Counted from the first letter of the stretch, positions 10,362 through 20,261 are shown. The stretch: 64,000 nt of DNA from Prochloron sp. (GCA_965198675.1 OZ240666.1:3172776-3236775), one strand, 5' to 3'. Notes: a model not told the origin generated them from the letters alone. Program-made: numbers and translations.

Positions 10362-10442
10362 ACCCACCCCCATCCCCTCCTGGGAGGGGGGCTACCCACC
10401 CCCCAACCTCCCTCCTGGGAGGGGGGCGAAGGGGGGTGGGTT
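10362..10442. repeat. GC-rich nested palindromic element (1.5 tandem copies)
   Basis: ACCCACCCCCATCCCCTCCTGGGAGGGGGGCT + ACCCACCCCCCAACCTCCCTCCTGGGAGGGGGGCGAAGGGGGGTGGGTT. Confidence 0.85.
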
Positions 10443-10831
10443 GGCCTTTCTGGGACACAATTAACTGTTATGGAAGCGTACCATTTGTTATTGCTCAGAA
10501 ATATAGTGCAAGTAGTTGGCTTCCCCCAGGTTCTGGCCTTCCCCCTCATGGGGATTTGTATTCCGAAATGCCGCAACTCAAGTTGGCCATTCACTCCCAT
10601 ATTACTGTGAACTTTCCAACCAGCACTGCTTGGATAAGTCCATCCTCTGTAACAGCGTTTTGCTTTGAATCTAGGATATTTGGCTAATCCATTGAAAAAG
10701 CGCTGATAGGCAAAATCTACTCGTTTTAGAGTTGCTTGGAGAGTTTGAGCCCCTAATTCTTTATATTCCGGCCAAACATCCTTGAAAGCTGGCAAAGAGT
10801 TCTGTTGCTCAAAATAGTCCACTGAATGTCC

Positions 10832-10881
10832 AACCCACCCCCCAACCCCCCTCCCAGGAGGGGGGCGAAGGGGGGTGGGTT
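10832..10881. repeat. GC-rich nested palindromic element
   Basis: AACCCACCCCCCAACCCCCCTCCCAGGAGGGGGGCGAAGGGGGGTGGGTT. The tnpB relic reads through it as …TQPTPLRPPPGRGVGGWV…. Confidence 0.85.
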
Positions 10882-11168
10882 GAGTTCGGCGATTAGCGAT
10901 GGCTGCGTTGTATAGCTCACAGTGCATCTTGCGAGCTCTGTACAATTTACGTTCGCTCTCGACGCTTGGATATAAACGGTAGGTTATTCGGCGGGTTGGC
11001 ATACAGTCTCGGTCGCTCTGTACTCTTACTATAGCTGTTTTTGTCGCTTGTTGTAAAGCCCAACTCTAAAATGGTAACATAGCTCCGTTGAGAATTGAGG
11101 GGGTATCACCCAGAAATGCCCGTGCTATCCATCCCCACCCCGTAAAACGCTGTCATATCGCGTTTTAC

Positions 11169-11425
11169 GTAGGATGCGTTACGCTAACCCATTTAATTTA
11201 GGATGCTGCTACGTACGATGCGTTACGCCAACAAAGTTTGTATTGTTGCTACTACTTACGGTTAGTAACGCATCCTACGACAGAAGGCCGCATCTTAGAT
11301 GCGTTACGCTAACCCATTTAATTTAGGATGCTGCTACGTACGATGCGTTACGCCAACAAAGTTTGTATTGTTGCTACTACTTACGGCTAGTAACGCATCC
11401 TACGACTTCTTAGCATCCTACGGGT
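11169..11425. repeat. two tandem copies (about 108 nt each) of the GTAGGATGCGTTAC hairpin element, probable left end of the adjacent TnpB element
   Basis: The unit GATGCGTTACGCTAACCCATTTAATTTAGGATGCTGCTACGTACGATGCGTTACGCC-loop-GGNTAGTAACGCATCCTACGA occurs twice. Each copy contains an inverted repeat GTACGATGCGTTAC / GTAACGCATCCTAC. Confidence 0.75.
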
Positions 11426-11444
11426 AGGGACTTCCGCGCATTCG

Positions 11445-12375
11445 TTAAACAAACTGGAAACTATCTGCTGTGAGGTTATCAATTCCTTCGAGAATGAGTA
11501 AGTCTTGAGGAGCACCCCCTATATTAGCAGCAATGGTAGTATTACCTTCCTCTACGGTTAAAGTCAAGTCAGCAAACTCATTCAATTCCTGGTCAACATT
11601 ATTGCCAATACTAATTATATCTCCATCTTCCACACTGAAGTCGGTGATAGTGTTAGCCCCAGCGGGTAATTCCCCACTGACGATAATAAATGTGTCAGCA
11701 CCTTCATTCCCTTGGATGGTATTATTACCACCAGTATTGAGAGAGAAACTATCGTCACCACTACCTCCGAAGACAGTGTCGTTTTGACGGAGGGAGAATA
11801 AGTCGTCTCCCTCGTTACCGAAGAGATAATTCTCACCCCCTCCAGCATTACCTTCCAGAGTGTCATTTCCCAACCCCCCCCACCAGGACATCTCCGGTTC
11901 CGGCAATTAATTCATCGTTGCCTTCATTTCCGTAGAGACGGTTCCCACCAGCTCTTTGAGAGGCGTCCAGAATATCATTCCCCAGCTCCCCGAAGACGCG
12001 ATCGTTGGTTTCAGCAAAAATTCGGTCATTTTCTGAACCTGCATAGAAGCGATCTGGAGCGGTGAAATTAGCTACAACGGCATCGATTTGGTCAACTCCT
12101 GCTCCTGTAAAGGTAATTTGAGCATTAGGGGTGAGTTCTGGTTCCAACACGTCGTCTCCGGGAGTTGTGAAGACCAGTTTTGGTGCTTCATCGACATTCG
12201 TTAAACTAACCGTTACCGTAGCTGTATCGGACAATCCTCCCTGGTCTGTTACAGTTACAGTGAGAGGAAAACTGGTAGTTGTCTCAAAGTCCAACTGACT
12301 GCTATCTGCTACAGTTATTGCTCCTGTAGCTGTATCAATAGTAAAGGCTCCAGATTCGTTCGGGTCGAAGGAGTG
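11445..12375 (-). pseudogene. cadherin-repeat / RTX calcium-binding protein, exon 2 (frameshifted at a G8 run)
   Basis: Cadherin-like segment …[31 protein letters not shown]…VTVTDQGG. It is followed by GGxGxD nonapeptides ([39 protein letters not shown]). Two overlapping ORFs are joined by a 1-nt shift at 11874-11881. Confidence 0.7.
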
Positions 12376-13129
12376 GTCACCCACCCCATCCCTGTAGGAA
12401 CCGTGCATGAAACTTTCGCCTCACACGGCTCCTATGACCTATGGGTTGAAACAAGCCTTTTAGAAGGCTAAAAAACCCTTTGATTACCTCTATCCAGCTG
12501 GTACTGGGGGTTGTGGCAATCTTCGCTTTTTACTATTCCATTTCAGTTTCCTGATTCCTACTCGGATTTACCAGAGCCTTAATTTCGGAATTAGTTTAAT
12601 TTCCTACTCGGCTTTCATCTTACCTGGACCTTAAATTCAGAACTAGGTTATCCTCATCATCCGTATCTCTACGGTGGAATCGGCTATATTTCAGCCACAG
12701 GCGTCCCTATTAGTTAGTAAATTCAGCTCTCGGTCATTGCGGGCAATTGTTTAGCTATTAGCTTTCGTTCCCGCGTCCTACCCGAATGGCCTCGATAGAA
12801 GTATGCCTGCCTTCCCTCTTCGGGTACCACCCCTGGAAGAGAGAACCATTCGTTTTTCCTCGTTCCAAATTAGAAATTGTTTTGAATCTTTAGGTCTCAC
12901 CAGTTCGCCTACCGACCCCCTAAGGAAGCTGCTATCAGTACAATAACGCAGCAGGGTTTTGATTATCGGTTAAGAAGTCCATTAAGGAGGAGGTTGCCTC
13001 TAAACTGAACGCTGTACTCTCACCAATAAGACGCTTTTTCCGGTGATTCGCTTCACCTATTTCTAGGATACCTGTTACACCGAAGGTGCCGCCCTTGGCG
13101 TCCCATGGATTCTCCTCATTAGCAGCAGT

Positions 13130-13239
13130 GTACGATGCGTTACGCCAACAAAGTTTGTATTGTTGCTACTACTTACGGCTAGTAACGCATCCTACAGTGG
13201 CTAGTAACGCATCCTACAGTGGCTAGTAACGCATCCTAC
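13130..13239. repeat. GTAGGATGCGTTAC hairpin element with a triplicated 22-nt arm, nested in the ORF-less intron
   Basis: GTACGATGCGTTACGCC…GGCTAGTAACGCATCCTACAGT x3. Confidence 0.75.
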
Positions 13240-13422
13240 AGTGTCTGATTCCGCCCTGCTCCCTGCCTGCTCAGGCGCGGCTGCGCAGGAGCAGGGGTGC
13301 GCTTTCCACCTCGAATGCGATTCGAGGTGGGTCGCACCGCAGCTTCACACTCCAGAGGCTAACCTGGCAAGCCTGCTTGAATTCACAGTTGTGTGTGGGC
13401 AGATTGAGATTCGCTCATCCCC

Positions 13423-13488
13423 GTAGGATGCGTTACTCTTCTTAATTCTGTTTTGTTTCTACTACTAACGATGGCTAACGCATCCTAC
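13423..13488. repeat. GTAGGATGCGTTAC hairpin element, nested in the ORF-less intron
   Basis: GTAGGATGCGTTAC-36 nt-GCTAACGCATCCTAC. Confidence 0.75.
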
Positions 13489-13626
13489 GCGGTTGGACTT
13501 GGAAACTGATTGCTGACCAGCTCCTCACCAACAATTCTAATTTAGTTGTCAAGGTACATAAGTACCCAGCCTGGGGTTATATCATTCGGCTTTTAAGCCG
13601 CGACTTTCGCCCAGAACGAGTCGCCC

Positions 13627-14211
13627 TATACTATAGGTTAGGGTGTCACCTGCATCTGGATCCGTAGCCATTACGGTCCCTACTGCTGTACCAACACCGC
13701 TATTTTCAGCCAAACTGAAGGTAGCATCGTTTAGAGTAGGTGCTTGATTTACTACCTGCGCTCCTATACTTACAGGTTGAGCATCTAATTCAAATCCTGG
13801 TACCGTTTTGGCAGTAAAATTGATGGTTGTGGCAGCGAAATCCCCTGAGGTGGTAAATTCGGCTGTATATAATGTCGCTGGTGTCGTACCTACACCGGGC
13901 CAATTTCCATTTAAATCTGACCAGTTTAACAGGAGAATGCTATCTGTTGCAGGGTCGCTATCTAAATCATCTGTATCCGCAGAAATCTGTGGATTACCAA
14001 ATATACTGGTTTGTAGCACATTGGATAAGTCGTTCAGATCTAACGTCAAAGCGGAAGAATCATAATGCAAATTCAAAGCTATCCCAAGCAGGGTTTCATC
14101 TACAGGATCTGCTGTGGAATAGATAACATCAATAGTAAAATTACTATTTGGGGATGGATTGGTCTCTGAAAGCTGAACCTCAATGATTTGCCGCATGGTA
14201 ACCTCTGTCAA
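13627..14211 (-). pseudogene. cadherin-repeat / RTX protein, exon 1
   Basis: N-terminal domain followed by the start of a cadherin repeat (NQAPTLNDATFSLAENSGVGTAVGTVMATDPDAGDTLTYSI). The ORF then runs into the intron 5' end. Confidence 0.7.
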
Positions 14212-15012
14212 TTAACTTTAATACAATCCAATATAATGAGCCAACAATAAATATCGTATCCAATATCAGCAGAGCACAAAAAATCATCTTCCCGGAAATC
14301 TCTGCATTTTTTTCCTTGGAATAGATAAGCACAGATTTACATAGGTATCAGTGGTTCTGTTGAACCGCAATCAGTAATTATAGCAACCGCCAGGGCGATT
14401 GATACACCCAAGTAAGTTGGATATAGTTGGCTCGAAATGTTATAACCCTTACCTGTCGGCAATTTTCAAAGCATGCTACCGGTCGAACTCATAACTGTCA
14501 TGGTACGTGGTCACTGTCAAGGTACTTGCTATAACTCTATCATTAGGGTACCAACTTTTTCCCCAATTGCCCACCCTACCACCTTTCCTCCGACCCAGCA
14601 ATTTATTACCGGGCGGATCCGAAGTGCTCCAAGGCATAATACATAAAACATAAACAGGTAGGGTGTAGGGTGTGGTGAAGAGGAAAGCCATGTTTTATAA
14701 GGGTTTGAGTAATAGTTCATTTTTTGAATCTGTAAATATGCCAAAAAATTGTTAACATAAGTTAAATATTTATGCAATATATAGCAAGGGCCAGGGCGAT
14801 CGCCATAACTGGTAGGGGCACGGCACTGCCGTGCCCCTACACTGGTAACTGCTAATTGTTTTTTTGTTCCAGCAAGCGATCAGCTCGTTGCTTTTCCAAG
14901 TCTGCTCGTTGTCGTTCTCGTTGGACTAACTCAAAACTCCACAACAACAACTCCCCCTCTTCGTTCCACCACCGCAACCAGTATCCCGTGCGACGTTCTC
15001 GGGTTCCTGGTT

Positions 15013-15462
15013 ATGGGAACTCTTCACACCCGCAGCGCTCTGGAGGTGATAGACCGCTTGTTGAGTTTCTACAACAATAACGAACAGAAACCGATGCGAG
15101 TGCAAATACTGAACTCTCTGGTAGCAGTCATTTCCCAACTTTTGGTAATCACAACTGATGATAAACGTCGCCTGCCAGTTAACGATATATTAATTAATAC
15201 TCCCACCATGAAAGATTATCTCTTGGCGGATGACAAAGAAGAAGCAAAGAGACTGATGGAAACGGATATTGAAGGTATGCAGGTGATGAATCAAGCTATT
15301 TACGAACACCTATTCCAGGAAAATATCACCATGGCTGAAGCCTGGAAAATGTCTCCAAATCGAGAAGATCTCGAACGCCGGATTCGCACTGGAGATATAG
15401 ACCCCCATTCTTTAGCTCGGGAATGGTTGGCTGACGATGAGATAGATGATGAGGAACTTTGA
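15013..15462 (+). pseudogene. PilT/PilU-type ATPase, C-terminal fragment only
   Basis: GTLHTRSALEVIDRLLSF…QILNSLVAVISQLL matches the PilT segment after the His box. No Walker A/B region lies upstream, where sequence from 14860 is degenerate and out of frame. The 5' side is replaced by repeats. Confidence 0.55.
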
Positions 15463-15526
15463 ATTCTGCGCGCAAAGCCGCAAAGACGCGAAGGACTAAT
15501 ACCCACCCCAGTCTAGTGTTGGCTGG

Positions 15527-17794
15527 TCACTGGTAACTGCTAACTGCTTTAGGTACCCTCCAGAAGTACTGCTGTTGAAATTGTTCCTCCCGAACTGCTT
15601 CTAGAAAAGCGGAGATCCTCTCATCAACCAATTCAGACAAAACATTCTCAGACCAACTCCATTGCATTGACTCTTCAGTGTGGGTGCAATTAAAACCAAG
15701 AGCAGTCAGAGCAAGCATCCCCAAATCTAAAGTGCGATCGCTCAATTGTAGTTTTGCTCTCAATTGGTCTCTTCTAGCTATTTGCCCGGTGCGGCTGAGA
15801 TACTTGGCAATACCCACAAGCTGTTGCCAGATTTCCGAGGGAGGTAATTGCTGGGGGGGTGGATAGGTGAGGGCAAGTTTTCCCTCCTGAGCAATCACCT
15901 TTTCATAACCCCGAGCCATTTCTTCCCAACTTGCTGGACATTCTTCCATCCCTATCGCTCCCTCTATCACTTCCGACTCTTGTTGCTTTCTGCGACAATC
16001 CATAATTAGCTCAAAAGGCAACATTCCCTTATAACCAAAAGAGTCATCCTTTGTCTCTCTCACTGCAATCAACCGCACTTCGTAGCGCTCTTTATAAGTA
16101 TTAAAATCTAGTTCCACAATAGCATCCCATTGCTTGTCTTGGGGCAATTCATCTTTATTTTTCCCCCACCAAATACCAGGAAAACCCTCTTCTACGCTAT
16201 CATCCCAGAGTAGAAAAGTAGTTTTGAGATATTGCACCTTTTTGCCCCGAAAGTCTTGGTCATTTTCATGTCCAACATGCTCAAACCAGCAGTTTTTAAT
16301 TAATAATTTCGGCACCGGATTCCCCATACCGCAGGGTTCCAGTAGTTTTAGTTCTCGAAACAGGGCCTGTGATAAATCAGATACCTTAATAGTTAAATCC
16401 GCTGTTACCATAGGAGTCATATTACTAACATCGGCAATTTGCTGCCGCAGGTGCCGATCTATCCCTTCCCGCAACAGGGGAATATTATCTACTGGCAGAC
16501 TCAAACCAGCAGCAAAGGGATGTCCTCCAAAGCGCTCAAGCAAATGGGCCTGAGACTGAACTAATTCATATAAATCAATATTATTTACCGAACGAGCAGA
16601 ACCTCTGGCTAAGTTATCTTGACTACTCAATAAAATTGTCGGGCGACCATATTCTTGGGCAATTTGACCCGCTACTAATCCTAAGACCCCCCCTTGCCAT
16701 TGAGGGTCTTCCAAAACTATAACACTGGTGGTGGATAAATCTATCTGTGCCAGCTTCTTTTTTACTTGCTCCGTAATTTCCTTTTGTAAAGACTTGCGAC
16801 GAGTATTAGCTAATTCCGTTTGAGCAGCTAATTCCTTACAGCGTTGGGGATCTCTACTGGTGAGTAACTCCACGCAAAAACTAGCATCTCCTTGAATGCG
16901 ACTGACAGCGTTAATTCGCGGACCGAGTCCAAAAGAAATATCCATCGGGCGATCGCCACTTCTTTTACACAATTGCAACAAATAGGCAACCCCCGGACGC
17001 TTTGTTTGCTGTAGTTTTTCAATCCCCAGTTGAGCCAAATAACGACAATCCCCACTTAACTGGACCAAATCCGCTACCAAACCGATCGCCACCAAATCCA
17101 ACAAATCTTCCCGAGGTTGTTGGGGGATATCTGGAAAACTGACATATAAAGCTTCCACTAATTTATAAGCCACTGCCACCCCAGAAAGATGAAACAAAGG
17201 ATGAGTCGGGGCAAAATAGCGAGGATTGATAATCGAGACCACAGGGGGACGTTCTGGCAGCAGAGTGTGGTGATCCGTGATAATAATATCTATCCCCAAC
17301 TGACCAGCATAATCAATTTCCTTGAGATTAGTGCTGCCAGTGTCGCAAGTGACAATTAGTTTCGTTCCCCATGTCACCAATTTATCAATTCCCCCTTCAT
17401 TCAAACCGTGAGATTCTGTCAGGCGATTGGGAATGTAGTAAGTTAATTGTCCATGGTGGGGGAAAAATTCCCTGAGCACCTCCCAAAGAACGCTAGTAGA
17501 GGTGATGCCATCCGCATCGAAGTCCCCCCAGATAGCAACTTTTTCCCCCTCTCTACGAGCCTGTTCCAAGCGTCTGACAGCCCGTTTCATCTCCTGTCCA
17601 AAAGCAAAAGGACTGGTGGGTTGATAGGCAGAAGGATCCATAAAACTAGCTAATTGTTCCCTGGTCCTAATACCTCGCTGCCACAACAATTGAGCCACAT
17701 AACCACCATAGGTAGCTTGAGGATAAGATTGGACAGCTTTGAGGAACCATTGGGGTACTTCCTCAAGTGGCAAAACTCGCCATAATATTCCCAT
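15527..17794 (-). CDS. recJ: single-stranded-DNA-specific exonuclease RecJ
   Basis: DHH-family motifs GDFDADGITS, CDTGS, ITDHH and the DHHA1 motif FGGHPFAAG in a 755-aa protein. Confidence 0.9.
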   Translation of the reverse strand: MGILWRVLPLEEVPQWFLKAVQSYPQATYGGYVAQLLWQRGIRTREQLASFMDPSAYQPTSPFAFGQEMKRAVRRLEQARREGEKVAIWGDFDADGITSTSVLWEVLREFFPHHGQLTYYIPNRLTESHGLNEGGIDKLVTWGTKLIVTCDTGSTNLKEIDYAGQLGIDIIITDHHTLLPERPPVVSIINPRYFAPTHPLFHLSGVAVAYKLVEALYVSFPDIPQQPREDLLDLVAIGLVADLVQLSGDCRYLAQLGIEKLQQTKRPGVAYLLQLCKRSGDRPMDISFGLGPRINAVSRIQGDASFCVELLTSRDPQRCKELAAQTELANTRRKSLQKEITEQVKKKLAQIDLSTTSVIVLEDPQWQGGVLGLVAGQIAQEYGRPTILLSSQDNLARGSARSVNNIDLYELVQSQAHLLERFGGHPFAAGLSLPVDNIPLLREGIDRHLRQQIADVSNMTPMVTADLTIKVSDLSQALFRELKLLEPCGMGNPVPKLLIKNCWFEHVGHENDQDFRGKKVQYLKTTFLLWDDSVEEGFPGIWWGKNKDELPQDKQWDAIVELDFNTYKERYEVRLIAVRETKDDSFGYKGMLPFELIMDCRRKQQESEVIEGAIGMEECPASWEEMARGYEKVIAQEGKLALTYPPPQQLPPSEIWQQLVGIAKYLSRTGQIARRDQLRAKLQLSDRTLDLGMLALTALGFNCTHTEESMQWSWSENVLSELVDERISAFLEAVREEQFQQQYFWRVPKAVSSYQ

Positions 17795-17839
17795 ATCGTC
17801 AACTCTGCTTTATTTGATTATAATAGAGACGTCTAAGTT

Positions 17840-18433
17840 ATGGAAACTGCAACAGCGAAGAAAATGGAAGTTATCCCATTAACCATTCCCAGTCTAACAC
17901 CAAAAGGATTTGTGGAACTATGCCAAGCCAATCAAGATCTAAACTTAGAAAGAGATGCAGCAGGAGAAGTAATTCTGATGGGACCCACCTTTCCTTGGAC
18001 TGGTCAACAAAACTTTAGCTTATATGTTAAACTTGGAATTTGGATTGACAGAACAGGCTTGGGTATTGGCTTTGACTCTTCTACTGGCTTTACTCTACCA
18101 AAGGTCGCGGTAAGATCCCCAGATGTTTCTTGGGTAAGTAATGAGCATTGGAGAAGATTAACTGAAAGTCAAAAAAAGGAGAAGTTTTCACCCCTAGCTC
18201 CCGATTTTGTTGTAGAATTGCGCTCGAAGAGCGATTCTCTCCAAAAGCTCCAGTCCAAAATGGTAGAATATAGAGAGAATGGAGTCAAGTTAGGTTGGTT
18301 AATCGATTCTGGTAATAAGCGGGTCGAAATATATCGTCCGAGTCTAGATGTAGAAGTTTTGACATCTCCAACAAACCTCTCTGGAGAGAATATATTGCCG
18401 GGCTTTGTGTTAAATTTACAAAAGATTTGGTAA
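17840..18433 (+). CDS. Uma2-family (DUF820) putative endonuclease
   Basis: Typical cyanobacterial Uma2 core …PDVSWVS…PLAPDFVVELRSKSDS…KMVEYRENGVKLGWLID…RVEIYRP. Confidence 0.8.
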   Translation: METATAKKMEVIPLTIPSLTPKGFVELCQANQDLNLERDAAGEVILMGPTFPWTGQQNFSLYVKLGIWIDRTGLGIGFDSSTGFTLPKVAVRSPDVSWVSNEHWRRLTESQKKEKFSPLAPDFVVELRSKSDSLQKLQSKMVEYRENGVKLGWLIDSGNKRVEIYRPSLDVEVLTSPTNLSGENILPGFVLNLQKIW

Positions 18434-18559
18434 GAGGAGAAGCTAGTATTTATTTATGCACTAACTAACTACATAACATAAATAATTAAGACAAAGATTG
18501 CGAAGATGGGGAGAAGTTTTGTAAAACAATCCCCCGTACCCCCAATCCTCCCATCAGAC

Positions 18560-18691
18560 TTAATCTTCATGGTCTTCAAATGGATCACTCAAAGAAGCGG
18601 AAGGAGGTCCGAAAGCAGTGTAGATAGAGATTGCAGTAATAGCGATGGTCAACACACCGATACAGATGGTCACAACTGTTGCAGGTTCCAT
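18560..18691 (-). CDS. psbN: photosystem II protein PsbN (43 aa; below the ORF-track cutoff)
   Basis: Minus-strand translation is MEPATVVTICIGVLTIAITAISIYTAFGPPSASLSDPFEDHED. It is divergent from psbH, the classical arrangement. Confidence 0.9.
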   Translation of the reverse strand: MEPATVVTICIGVLTIAITAISIYTAFGPPSASLSDPFEDHED

Positions 18692-18777
18692 AGACTGTTG
18701 CTATAATTAGGAGTCATATTATTCTATAATATTACGGAAAATTACAAAAAACCAACTTAGATAATCATAGGTGAGAT

Positions 18778-18981
18778 ATGGCACAGCGTACTTGGTTGGG
18801 AGAAGTCCTCAGACCCCTAAACTCTGAATATGGTAAAGTTTCTCCCGGTTGGGGAACCACAGGACTCATGGGAGTGTTCATGGTCTTATTCTTCGTCTTC
18901 CTCCTAATCATCCTGCAAATTTACAACTCATCCCTGCTACTGGAAGGAGTTGGAGTAGATTGGTCAAGTCTAGCTCAATAG
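18778..18981 (+). CDS. psbH: photosystem II reaction-centre phosphoprotein PsbH
   Basis: [28 protein letters not shown]…single TM…; a canonical PsbH sequence. Confidence 0.95.
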   Translation: MAQRTWLGEVLRPLNSEYGKVSPGWGTTGLMGVFMVLFFVFLLIILQIYNSSLLLEGVGVDWSSLAQ

Positions 18982-19010
18982 AGAGCAGCCAACTAAAGCG
19001 GCAGGATTGA

Positions 19011-19044
19011 GAAAGATATTACCCGGCGCGGATACCCAGCGTCC
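19011..19044 (+). terminator. intrinsic terminator downstream of psbH
   Basis: ACCCGGCGC-loop-GCGTCCGGGT stem followed by TTTTTT. Confidence 0.6.
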
Positions 19045-19213
19045 GGGTTTTTTCCACCAAAATACAAACCGCAGATACACGCAGATAAACGCAGATGGAT
19101 ACGGATTATCCTCTTCATCTGCTCTCGCCTTGGGCGGTTGCTTGCGCAAAGCTTGCGCAAAGCTTCGCAATCATCTGTGGATCACAAATTGACAGGCACG
19201 CAGGAGAACTTTT

Positions 19214-19498
19214 ATGAATGTTTTTGGCATTGGTCTGCCAGAAATGGCTTTAATTATGGTCCTAGCCCTCTTGGTATTCGGTCCGAAAAAGTTACCGGAA
19301 ATTGGCCGCAGTTTGGGTAAAGCCATTCGCGGTTTTCAAGAAGCATCCAAAGAATTTGAGAACGAATTCAAGCAAGAAGCACAAAAGATAGAAGAATCGG
19401 TGAAAATGAATGCTCAGTTAGAATCTACTGTCCAAGGAAAAGAACTAGCAACAAAATTAGCGGAAACTACTTCTGCTACCACCACCGAAAAAAGTTAA
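19214..19498 (+). CDS. tatA: twin-arginine translocase subunit TatA/E
   Basis: MNVFGIGLPEMALIMVLALLVFGPKKLPEIGRSLGKAIRGFQ, a canonical TatA N-terminus. Confidence 0.9.
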   Translation: MNVFGIGLPEMALIMVLALLVFGPKKLPEIGRSLGKAIRGFQEASKEFENEFKQEAQKIEESVKMNAQLESTVQGKELATKLAETTSATTTEKS

Positions 19499-19550
19499 AA
19501 TATAGCAGTAGAGGAAATCCCTGGGTGTTGCATCTTTCCTCGGCTTATCT

Positions 19551-20261
19551 TTATTCGGACTGAACCGAAGCTTGAAATTTATACCCCACTCCTCTCACAG
19601 TTTGAATCCAAGATGTCCCAGAAGCATCCACTTCAATTTTTTTGCGAATTTGACCAATATGAACGTCAACCACTCTCGGAGCGCCAACATAGTCGTAGTC
19701 CCAAACCCGTTCAAGCAGTTCCGAACGACTCCAAGCGCGACCGGGGCTGCTGGCCAAAAGATGTAGCAGTTCGAATTCAAGAGCAGTCAAGACAACCAGT
19801 TCGCCGTTGAGTTTCACTTCTCGACCCACTGGGTCAATGACCAAGTTATCAAAAGTAAGAATTTCTTTTTTCGAATCAGTAGCAACAGTTCGCTGTCTTC
19901 GCAAAATAGCTTGGACTCGATATTCCAATTCTTGGAGATCGAAAGGTTTGGTCAGATAATCATCAGCTCCTTTTGAGAAACCTTCAATTTTATCAGAAGC
20001 ATCAATACGACTGGTAAGCATGAGAACAAAAACATCGTTACGTCCCTGCATATCCTCGCAGAGGACATAACCATTGATATCTGGCAAATTGACGTCCAGG
20101 ATAACTAGGTCTGGCTTGAATTGCTCGAATGCTTCTAAAGCCAATTTGCCATCCTGAGCTGAGGACATTTGATAGTTTTTCTGGGACAGAAAGCGGCAGA
20201 TTAATTTTCGGATTGCCGGGTCATCGTCCACAACAAGAATCTTAGCAGCAGCTATAGTCAT
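19551..20261 (-). CDS. OmpR-family two-component response regulator
   Basis: Likely start is MTIAAAKILVVDDD (ATG 20261). The receiver domain shows DD…D(VNLPDINGY)…KPF. The C-terminal winged helix reads LTALEFELLHLL…RVVDVHIGQIRKKIE. The longer ORF-track N-terminus lies inside the IS relic. Confidence 0.85.
   Translation of the reverse strand: MTIAAAKILVVDDDPAIRKLICRFLSQKNYQMSSAQDGKLALEAFEQFKPDLVILDVNLPDINGYVLCEDMQGRNDVFVLMLTSRIDASDKIEGFSKGADDYLTKPFDLQELEYRVQAILRRQRTVATDSKKEILTFDNLVIDPVGREVKLNGELVVLTALEFELLHLLASSPGRAWSRSELLERVWDYDYVGAPRVVDVHIGQIRKKIEVDASGTSWIQTVRGVGYKFQASVQSE

Larger units (their letters stand above)
10141..11002 (-). pseudogene. tnpB: IS200/IS605-family TnpB (OrfB) relic, internally deleted and carrying two palindromic-element insertions
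   Basis: N-terminus is MPTRRITYRLYPSVESERKLYRARKMHCELYNAAI. The C-terminal zinc ribbon is CAKCW…CQHCGHQEDRDVNTA. The central RuvC part is missing and the frame is broken around 10313-10458. GC-rich palindromes lie at 10362-10442 and 10832-10881. Confidence 0.8.
12376..13626 (-). mobile_element. ORF-less, decayed group II intron inside the cadherin/RTX gene
   Basis: On the minus strand, domain V is GAGCCGTGTGAGGCGAAAGTTTCATGCACGGTTC (12398-12431). The 3' tail CTACAGGGATGGGGTGGGTGAC aligns with the 3' tail of intron 1. The 5' end GGGCGACTCGTTCTGGGCGAAAGTCGCGGCTTAAAAGCC aligns with GTGCGGCTCGTTCCCTGTGAAAGCTGAGGCGTAAGCC of intron 1. Removal joins …GDTLTYSI|HSFDPNE… in frame. There is no RT ORF. 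Confidence 0.75.

Noticed and set aside
10301-10687. 128-aa plus-strand ORF rich in Pro/Gly
   Set aside because: It is antisense to the tnpB relic, and its odd composition is created by reading through the GC-only palindromic element.
13241-13426. 61-aa GC-rich ORF between two hairpin elements
   Set aside because: It lies inside the ORF-less group II intron. The segment aligns loosely with the domain I region of intron 1 (…GAAGCTG…GTGCGACC…), so it is more likely structural RNA than coding sequence.
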